Shown here in pieces: positions 54,708 to 64,000 of a stretch of 64,000 nt of DNA. Made by a program: the position numbers and the translations under genes. Origin of the DNA: Eledone cirrhosa. Lineage: Eukaryota. The notes beneath the pieces were generated by a model. It worked only from the letters and a program-made list of their open reading frames with translations. It was not told the origin of the DNA and made no database searches. Each line of letters begins with the position of its first letter. The first letter of the stretch is position 1. The stretch lies in NCBI GenBank assembly GCA_964016885.1, contig OZ024740.1:31806001-31870000 (forward strand), read 5' to 3'.

Positions 54708-54780
<73 letters not shown>

Positions 54781-56027
54781 TTATATATGTATATATATAT
54801 AATTATTGGGGTGGGGTTTGTTCTGTAACTCAGTGGTTCAACAAATAGAGATCAACAGAGTAAGTATGAGACTTGAAAGAAAATAATGAGGTTGATATGA
54901 TTGGTTAAATGAAGGCAATGCCCTAGCATGGTCGCAGTCTTATGACTGGAACTAGCAAAAGAATAAAAGAAAATACATAGATAATATATTTCTGTATAAA
55001 TTGTTGAATTGGCAGAGATGTTAGGCTATCAGAAAATAAATGCCTAGTGGTATTTGTTTTAAGTCTGTAACAAGCAATGGCACTATTTTATCACTGCAGA
55101 GTAATTTGGTCATACTTTGTCACTCGCCACCCCTTAGGGTTGGAGGCGTATGAACACAAAAGACGACTTCTGCCCAGCAGTTGCTTCGCGCTTTTTTTCA
55201 GTTTTAGCTAGTAGTTGCGCCTAGCCTTTCGTCGACACCAGCAACTCAAAAATGGCTATTCCAGTCGAGACACCATCTTTCGAAACTACCTGGCAGTTAC
55301 GTAACTTTCTACTGAGCAGTGCTATGTAACTCACTTCCTTATTTTCTTGCTCTTGCCTTGAGAATTACATTTATCGTTCAACTTGATTATGCGATATATT
55401 TTGAGCTCTTCACTCACCTTGTATTTGTATTAATATGAAGAAGAAAATAAACCTTTATTATGTTTTGAAATGTGCCCTCTGATCTTTTCCTCAACCATGA
55501 AACACACAACCTTACCTCTATATCTTCTTTAAGGATATAAAATCTTTGCTACCCAAAATAGAATTACAGCAAATGTTTACGCTAAAAGTCTCTGTGCTCT
55601 GCATTTAAACCCCATCAAGGTCAACTTTACCTTTCATCCCTTCTGAGTTGATAAATAAGGTAACAGTCCCACCTACTGTGATTGGAAGACCAGTAACCCT
55701 TCTGCCAGGAGTTGAGTTCAGTAGATGGTATCAGCAATGGAAAGACCAGTGAAAACATAGTTTCCTTGGTTTAATCTGTTAAATTGACTTTTTTTCCTCT
55801 GTGTGTGAGTGTGTATGGCTTTAAACAACTGAGAGTACAATACTTCCCCCTGGTACTCATTTTCAACTGAGTGTAGTGAAGCAATATGAAAGGAAGTGTT
55901 TTGCTCAAGAACACACACACACACACACACACACGCACGCACATATACATGATGATGATGATGATGATGAGAATAATGCTGATGATAAATGTACAAACTT
56001 TTCGGTGTGTGTTTTTTTTTTTATTAG

Positions 56028-56132
56028 GGTGAGCAAATACCACTGTTATGTTGTAAGAAACTGGGTAACTGGCCTGATATGATTGATCTTCTACGTCAGT
56101 GCCTCATGTATGCTCCAAATGACAGACCAACT
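56028..56132 (+). CDS. LRRK2: LRRK2-like kinase exon j (alphaH, RP motif)
   Basis: Poly-T-attag acceptor, gtaagt donor. GEQIPLLCCKKLGNWPDMIDLLRQCLMYAPNDRPT. Confidence 0.93.
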
Positions 56133-56197
56133 GTAAGTCTTGAAAACAAGTTCTTTTTTTACTTATAGATATTTAATATTTTGTTGTGTCATATTAC

Positions 56198-56985
56198 CCA
56201 TGCAATATCGGTGGAGGGCCAGACGCCATGCTTTCCAGCATAGTTACGTCCCTTTATGGTCTGAGTTCAAATCCCGCCGAGGTTAACTTTGCCTTTCATC
56301 CTTATGGGTGATAAAATAAAGTACCAGTAATGTACTTGGGTAATTGCTGGCCTTGTGCCAAAAGTAGAAACAATTATTATTAAACAAGTTTGAGGGCAGA
56401 GTGTTGGCAGTGCCATCAGAGCATTGGACTAATCCTTAGCAATATCTGTTCTGACTCTTTAGATTCTGAGTTCAAATCCTTCCACAGTTAATAAAATGAA
56501 GTACCAGTCAAGTACTGGAGTCAAAATAATCAACTTTTCTCCTACCTACAAATTGCTAGCCATATGCCAATGTTAGAAATAATTATTAAACAAGGCATTC
56601 TTAGAGCATTGGATACAATGTTTTATGGCCTTTGTACCAGCTATCCTAGAAACACCAACCCCCAGACACACAGCTTAACATACAAAACTCACCTTACCAA
56701 TATCTTATAAGTTCACTGTCCTACAAATCTTATACAAAATCCTCACCCACATCTTTTCCCACCAAATTACTTATTCATATTATGTGTACCCCTTGGTATT
56801 GGATTGGCAGTATCGGTAGAACGTCAGATACCATGCTTTGCAGCATAGAGTTATGACCTTTTACGTTCTGAGTTCAAATCCCGCCGAGGTTATCTTTGCC
56901 TTTCATCCTTACGGGGTTGATAAAATAAAGCACCAGTAATGCACTGGGTAATTGCTGGCCTTGTGCCAAAAGTAGAAACAATTAT
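56198..56985 (+). mobile_element. cluster of three family A SINEs
   Basis: Copies at about 56198-56380, 56395-56590 and 56800-56985, each with TTCTGAGTTCAAATCC and shared tails. Confidence 0.75.
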
Positions 56986-57315
56986 ATGTACCCCTTCTTA
57001 CTCAAGATGGATTAACATACACATTTGCTTAAAATTTAGGCACAAATCCAGCAAACATTACCTAAAATTTTCTGGCTCTATGGTTAAATTAAAAAAATGA
57101 AAATGGATGTTAATCCATGTTGGGTAAAGAGGGATACATACAAATCCATTCAGTGTAGCCGTCTTATGATTGAAACAAGTAAAACAACTAAAAAAATAAG
57201 AGAAAAATCAACATATTTAATATTTCCATTCAACTTTAAATTTTAATTTATGCTTGTTTATCATGTTTCAAATGTTTGTGTTTTTTTTTGTATGTGTTCT
57301 ATAAATATATTATAG

Positions 57316-57417
57316 TCTAAAGAATTATGCACGTGCTTGAAAAATCCAGAAATGTTGTGTTTGAAAGATGTGAGACCTGTTTCAAAGTCCTTTCCACCAG
57401 ATTACATGACTATCCGA
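57316..57417 (+). CDS. LRRK2: LRRK2-like kinase exon k (kinase end, linker to WD40)
   Basis: ttatag acceptor, gtaagt donor. SKELCTCLKNPEMLCLKDVRPVSKSFPPDYMTIR. Confidence 0.87.
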
Positions 57418-58248
57418 GTAAGTTTTTTATAATTTTTATTGTAATACATTGATCAAATCGTATTAGTAAGTTAGAGATAATTTTACCTCCATTTTTCTAT
57501 TAGGGGTATGGGCATTAAGTGACTGGATGGCATGCCTGTTCATCTCAAGACTAACCCACACTGCTGTTGGTACTAATTTTCAGCTGAGTGAACTAGAGCA
57601 ATGTAAAATGAACTGCCTTGCTCAAGGATTCTATGCAACACTTGGTCTGGGTATCAAAACCACAACCACATACTCATGTGCCCAATACCTTAACCACTAG
57701 ACCTGAGCCTTCACTAATTGATAAGTTTTAGCAGATTGGAAAAAGTGTGAGAGCACCAGATGAAATACTTTGCAATATTTAATTAGTTCCTGGCATTCTG
57801 AGTTCAAATCCTGCAGAGATGAACTTTACCTTTCATCCTTCTGGGATTGAAAAATAAGGTACCAGACTGTAGTGTTAAGCTTGTGGAATTGTTGAAGCAT
57901 TGGATAGGATGTCTTGCAGCATTTATTCTACCTCTTTGCATTCTGAGTTCAAATCCTAGTGTGGCCCACATGAGAAGCAGACTTAATTGGTCACTCAGTT
58001 TAACACTCTTCCCACCTGCTCCTTTGGTGCTTTAACAGAATCTGCTCTCCTGCAAGCATTCAATCCCCTTTCTGGTTTAAGGATAACTTCTAATCCCCCT
58101 TCCCACTCATCTTAGAGACTCTGAATGAGTCATGAGCATTGCCTTCTGTATCTCCTGTATTTTAGCAATCTGAGTCCAAATCCTGCCATTACATACTTAT
58201 CCAATAGACTTAATCCATCACCTGGCTTAATACCACCAGTTGAACCAT

Positions 58249-59741
58249 GAGTACCTTTATCAGAGTCCACTCTGTTACAAGCAACACCACCATCTGACTC
58301 TTGAGTGCCTTTATCAGAGTCCACTCTGTTACAAGCAACACCACCATCTGACTCTTGAGTGCCTTTATCAGAGTCCACTCTGTTACAAGCAACACCACCA
58401 TCTGACTCTTGAGTACCTTTATCAGAGTCCACTCTGTTACAAGCAACACCACCATCTGACTCTTGAGTGCCTTTATCAGAGTCCACTCTGTTACAAGCAA
58501 CACCACCATCTGACTCTTGAGTGCCTTTATCAGAGTCCACTCTGTTACAAGCAACACCACCATCTGACTCTTGAGTACCTTTATCAGAGTCCACTCTGTT
58601 ACAAGCAACACCACCATCTGACTCTTGAGTGCCTTTATCAGAGTCCACTCTGTTACAAGCAACACCACCATCTGACTCTTGAGTACCTTTATCAGAGTCC
58701 ACTCTGTTACAAGCAACACCACCATCTGACTCTTGAGTACCTTTATCAGAGTCCACTCTGTTACAAGCAACACCACCATCTGACTCTTGAGTGCCTTTAT
58801 CAGAGTCCACTCTGTTACAAGCAACACCACCATCTGACTCTTGAGTGCCTTTATCAGAGTCCACTCTGTTACAAGCAACACCACCATCTGACTCTTGAGT
58901 ACCTTTATCAGAGTCCACTCTGTTACAAGCAACACCACCATCTGACTCTTGAGTACCTTTATCAGAGTCCACTCTGTTACAAGCAACACCACCATCTGAC
59001 TCTTGAGTGCCTTTATCAGAGTCCACTCTGTTACAAGCAACACCACCATCTGACTCTTGAGTGCCTTTATCAGAGTCCACTCTGTTACAAGCAACACCAC
59101 CATCTGACTCTTGAGTGCCTTTATCAGAGTCCACTCTGTTACAAGCAACACCACCATCTGACTCTTGAGTACCTTTATCAGAGTCCACTCTGTTACAAGC
59201 AACACCACCATCTGACTCTTGAGTGCCTTTATCAGAGTCCACTCTGTTACAAGCAACACCACCATCTGACTCTTGAGTACCTTTATCAGAGTCCACTCTG
59301 TTACAAGCAACACCACCATCTGACTCTTGAGTACCTTTATCAGAGTCCACTCTGTTACAAGCAACACCACCATCTGACTCTTGAGTACCTTTATCAGAGT
59401 CCACTCTGTTACAAGCAACACCACCATCTGACTCTTGAGTGCCTTTATCAGAGTCCACTCTGTTACAAGCAACACCACCATCTGACTCTTGAGTGCCTTT
59501 ATCAGAGTCCACTCTGTTACAAGCAACACCACCATCTGACTCTTGAGTACCTTTATCAGAGTCCACTCTGTTACAAGCAACACCACCATCTGACTCTTGA
59601 GTACCTTTATCAGAGTCCACTCTGTTACAAGCAACACCACCATCTGACTCTTGAGTACCTTTATCAGAGTCCACTCTGTTACAAGCAACACCACCATCTG
59701 ACTCTTGAGTACCTTTATCAGAGTCCACTCTGTTACAAGCA
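58249..59741. repeat. 54-bp minisatellite, about 27.6 copies
   Basis: Unit GAGT(A/G)CCTTTATCAGAGTCCACTCTGTTACAAGCAACACCACCATCTGACTCTT. Confidence 0.98.
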
Positions 59742-59831
59742 TTCATTTCAGATCTCTGGTTTTAAGATACCTTTTCCCTCCTTTAAACTTTCTGACTAAG
59801 CAATAATGTGTTTTTTTAAATATATATTCAG

Positions 59832-59930
59832 AAAAATAACACAGAAAATGAGTTGTGGCTGACGTGTGATTCAGAGACAGAAATGCAACTTTCCTGGCTA
59901 GAACTTAGTGATACAACGGGCAATCTTCAG
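59832..59930 (+). CDS. LRRK2: LRRK2-like kinase exon l (WD40 start)
   Basis: attcag acceptor, gtctgt donor. KNNTENELWLTCDSETEMQLSWLELSDTTGNLQ (compare human IWLGCG...QLSFLDL). Confidence 0.85.
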
Positions 59931-60342
59931 GTCTGTTTTCTTCAATTCTAAATGATTTTCATTTCCAGAATAATCATTTTCTTTACTTTTATATTTATAT
60001 AATTAGTCGTCGCTATAAATATGGTCGGTGTTTGGAAGGGCACCCAGCCATAGAAACCAAGCCAGAAACAGTTCTGTATGAGCAAGACATGGTCGCCTGA
60101 CCTGACTTGTTTCACAACAGGACAACTTGTCTAACTCATGCTATCATAGAAAAATGAACGTTAAACAGTGATGATGATCATGATGATTTAAGTGGAAAAT
60201 TGACAGAGTTCTTAAAGCATTGCATTTAAAATACCTTAGTATTTGTTCTGACTTACTGCACACTGGTATCAAATCCCGTTGAGGTTATCTTTGCCTTTCA
60301 TACTTTTGAGCCCAATAAATAAACAGTCCAGAACTGGAGTTG

Positions 60343-60344
<2 letters not shown>

Positions 60345-60402
<58 letters not shown>

Positions 60403-60445
60403 CTCTCTCTCTCTCTCTCTCGTCTCTCTCGTCTCTCTCTCTCTC
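60345..60445. repeat. (CT)n microsatellite
   Basis: Seen directly. Confidence 0.95.
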
Positions 60446-60944
60446 CATTCTGACCTGAAGAAGACAGGACTCTGCCAGATTAAAAATGCTCAAGACAAGC
60501 CATGGGTTAGATGGGTTAGACGATTCTCAACTTTTTGCATAGACCCGTCTAACCCATGCTAGTGTGGAAGATAGACGTTAAACAATGATGATGATGATGA
60601 AGCCATGTACCAGAACTGTGTCTGTATGACCCCATCAGAAGTTAAGGGTCCTTTTCTTTACTTTCTATTTTGTCTCTACCAATGTACAACAGGTTACTGA
60701 ATGGTACAACATTATTAAATGCATAAATATAGATTCTAACTTTAAGTTAGATCATAATACTTTTAGTCTTTTACTGGTTTCAGTCAATGGACTATGACCA
60801 TGCTGGGGCACTACCTTCAAACTTATATCAGTCTGGTGTTAATTTTAGTGATCTTTATTTGTTGAATTACTAAATAAACTGTAAATACAAATAGAACAAA
60901 GCAGACATAAAATGGTGATGATGATTTGATATATATATTTGATA

Positions 60945-61736
60945 TATGCTTCAGCTTCGGCTTGTATCCGTGGGAAGTCGGATCTTCTGTGTTACTGCAT
61001 GAAGCCAGAGGTCGTGATCATCTGTCATCGACTTTGAGAGGTGCAATTGGGTAGATTAGAAAGAAACGAAGCCTGCATGTTCCGATGGATGTGTAATAGT
61101 AATATACGCGAACAGCAAAGCATAAACAAACTGAGAGAGAGACTGAGCATAAGAGGAATCAAATGCTGTGTGCAGGAGAGGAGGTTGTGTTGGTATGGAC
61201 ATGTGATGCATATGAAGGATGACAGCTGCATAAAAAGGTGCAGAGCACTAGAAGTCAATGGAAACCACGGAGTGGGGAGACCCAAGAAGACCTGGGATGA
61301 GGTGATAAAAGCCGACCTTACTCAATTGCACCTCTCAAGGGCGATGACACACAACCGTGACTTCTGGAATCACGCAGAAATACAGAATACCTGACACCCC
61401 CACCCACCCCACCCACCCACGGGTACAAGCCGAAGCTGAAACGTAGAGACAATATGCCCCCCCCACTGCAAAGTGGTTGTGGAGGTGCCACGGCAAAAAA
61501 GCACCCAGCCCACACTGTAAAGTGGACGTGTAGGCGCCACAGAAAAAAAGCACCCAGCACTCACTGTAAATAAGGTTGGTGTTAGGAAGAGCATCCAGCT
61601 GTAGAAATCAAGCCAGAATCAGTTCCCATATGAGCAAGACAAGGTCAGCCAACCGGACACTGCCCACAACAGGACAATCCGTCTAACCCATGCTAGCTTG
61701 GAAGAATGGACGTAAAATGGTAATGATGATGATGAT
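60945..61736 (+). mobile_element. RTE 3' fragment preceded by an inverted RTE fragment
   Basis: ORF 61041-61394 is the RTE C-terminus, followed by the 3' UTR and (GAT)n. 60945-61052 is an antisense copy of about 61320-61440. Confidence 0.88.
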
Positions 61737-62149
61737 ATATAATTCCGAATACAAAAAACAGACAACACAGGAGTACATGTTACAAATAGTATTAGTTTCA
61801 CGCTTAGTGAGAGTGCGGGATGTGGGTGCGATGTTTCGGGTATAAGCTCTTCATCAGTTATAAAAAGTTATAAAAAGATGAGAGCGGTGTAGGGATCGGT
61901 TAGGGCACGGGTGTGGTGGTGCGTGAGGGGTGGATGGAGGGTGAAAGAGAGAGAGAGGAAGAAAAAATGGAGACCGAGCTGGGATGGCAGAAGGTGAGGT
62001 GTGTGTGTGTGTGTAGATGTATGTGTGTGTGTGTGTGTAGATGTACATGTGTGTATGTGTGTATGCGTGGATGTAAGTGTGAGAGTCTGTGGGAGAGCGG
62101 TGGGTATGTGCTTGTGGGTTTTGAAAAACCATTGTGTGTGTTGGAGTGG

Positions 62150-63168
62150 AGTGTGTGTGTGTGTAGTCCCTGTATGGGGATAGGTGTGTGTGTAGTCTCT
62201 GCATGGGGGTAGGTGTGTGTGTGTGTGTGTGTGTGTAGTCTATGTATGGGGGTAGGTGTGTGTGTGTGTGTGTGTGTAGTCTCTGTATGGGGGTAGGTGT
62301 GTGTGTAGTCCTTGTATGGGGGTAGGTGTGTGTGTGTAGTCCCTGTATGGGGGTAGGTGTGTGTGTAGTCCCTGTATAGGGGTAGGTGTGTGTGTGTGTA
62401 GTCTCTGTATGGGGGTAGGTGTGTGTGTGTGTGTAGTCCATGTATGGGGGTAGGTGTGTGTGTGTGTAGTTCATGTATGGGGGTAGGTGTGTGTAGTCCC
62501 TGTATGGGGGTAGGTGTGTGTGTGTGTAGTTCATGTATGGGGGTAGGTGTGTGTGTGTGTAGTTCATGTATGGGGGTAGGTGTGTGTAGTCCATGTATGG
62601 GGGTAGGTGTGTGTGTGTGTAGTTCATGTATGGGGGTAGGTGTGTGTAGTCCATGTATGGGGGTAGGTGTGTGTGTGTGTAGTTCATGTATGGGGGTAGG
62701 TGTGTGTAGTTCATGTATGGGGGTAGGTGTGTGTGTGTGTAGTTCATGTATGGGGGTAGGTGTGTGTAGTCCATGTATGGGGGTAGGTGTGTGTGTGTGT
62801 AGTTCATGTATGGGGGTAGGTGTGTGTAGTTCATGTATGGGGGTAGGTGTGTGTGTGTGTAGTTCATGTATGGGGGTAGGTGTGTGTAGTCCATGTATGG
62901 GGGTAGGTGTGTGTGTGTGTAGTTCATGTATGGGGGTAGGTGTGTGTAGTCCATGTATGGGGGTAGGTGTGTGTGTGTGTAGTTCATGTATGGGGGTAGG
63001 TGTGTGTAGTCCCTGTATAGGGGTAGGTGTGTGTGTGTGTAGTCTCTGTATGGGGGTAGGTGTGTGTGTGTGTGTAGTCCATGTATGGGGGTAGGTGTGT
63101 GTGTGTGTAGTTCATGTATGGGGGTAGGTGTGTGTAGTCCCTGTATGGGGGTAGGTGTGTGTGTGTGT
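62150..63168. repeat. G-rich 27/33-bp minisatellite with a 60-bp higher-order period
   Basis: (GT)n-AGT(T/C)CATGTATGGGGGTAG units with alternating (GT)n length. Confidence 0.93.
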
Positions 63169-63609
63169 GGATGGAAAGGGGTCGGATGAGGTGGGGAGAT
63201 CGGGTGGGATCTGGAGGCACTGTGGGTGTAAGTGAGGATGTGCACATATGTGTGTGTGTGTGTTTGTAGTGAAGAGAGGGTGATGTGGGTTCGTGTGGAA
63301 TGTATGGTTGCGTGTGTGCGGAAAAGGTGCAAGTGTGTGTGTGTGTCTAAGTTTCTGAATGGTGGTGTGTGTGTGTGTGTATAGTCCCTCTATGGGGGGG
63401 GGCAGTTACAAGGTGAAATCACATCGGTGTCCGAGGATGTAGGTCCTTGGGGTAGGGCCATAGGAATGGTGAGGAGGAAGTGGTATGTTATGGGGCACAC
63501 GCAACAGGAAGTGGTCAAGATAGTGAAGTGAAGGAGTGAGAGGGAGGGTAGCAAGGGTGGAGATGGCAGAACAGAATGGTGAGGGATGGGGGAGTAATAT
63601 TGCTGTGTA

Positions 63610-64000
63610 GGTGTATGTGGGTGAGAGTGGCATGTGTGTAAGTATGTGTGTGTGGAGTTGTGTGTATGTGTGTGTGGAGCTGTGTGTATGTGTGTGTAGA
63701 GTTGTGTGTATGTGTGTGTGGAGTTGTGTGTATGTGTGTGTAGTGTGGTGTGTATGTGTGTGTAGTCTGGTGTGTATATGTGTGTATGTGTGTGTAGAGT
63801 TGTGTGTATGTGTGTGTAGTGTGGCGTGTATGTGTGTGTAGTGTTGTGTGTGTGTGTGCTAGTGTGCTGTGTATATATGTGTAGTGTGTGTAGAGTTGTG
63901 TGTATGTGTGTGTAGTGTGGTGTGTATGTGTGTGTAGTGTTGTGTGTGTGTGTGCTAGTGTGGTGTGTATGTGTGTGTAGTGTTGTGTGTGTGTGTGCGC
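63610..64000. repeat. degenerate (GT)n-based repeat
   Basis: Seen directly. Confidence 0.9.

Noticed and set aside
58130-59799. Three overlapping ORFs of over 500 aa
   Set aside because: They result from a 54-bp unit that is stop-free in three frames, and they are intronic.
61854-63332. 492-aa His/Pro/Tyr-rich extensin-like ORF
   Set aside because: Translation of a minisatellite with 27- and 33-bp units, antisense within an intron.

Overview
This is an AT-rich, repeat-dense animal genomic window. Its SINE and LINE content suggests a coleoid cephalopod such as Octopus, but that is an inference. The whole window lies inside one + strand gene, an LRRK2-like ROCO kinase. Twelve small GT-AG exons (8694-59930, 1243 coding bp, about 414 aa) splice into one open frame covering the COR C-terminus, the complete kinase domain (GKGEYG, VAVK, YRDLKPAN, DYGI, APE) and the start of the WD40 region. 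The ORF track misses almost all of these exons. The introns carry five minisatellite arrays: 51 bp, 45/46 bp, 47 bp (14.5 kb), 54 bp and 27/33 bp. They also carry RTE, CR1-group and CRE LINE relics, tRNA-derived SINEs, mariner- and piggyBac-type MITEs, long fold-backs and Penelope-type relics. The most notable observations are: (i) two arrays arose from parts of retroelements present elsewhere in the window; (ii) most units of the 47-bp array resemble a complete sense-strand polyadenylation signal just behind the DYG exon; (iii) there are at least two minimal type-I hammerhead ribozyme motifs; (iv) the kinase combines LRRK1-like and LRRK2-like features. The very long ORFs in the track are satellite artefacts.
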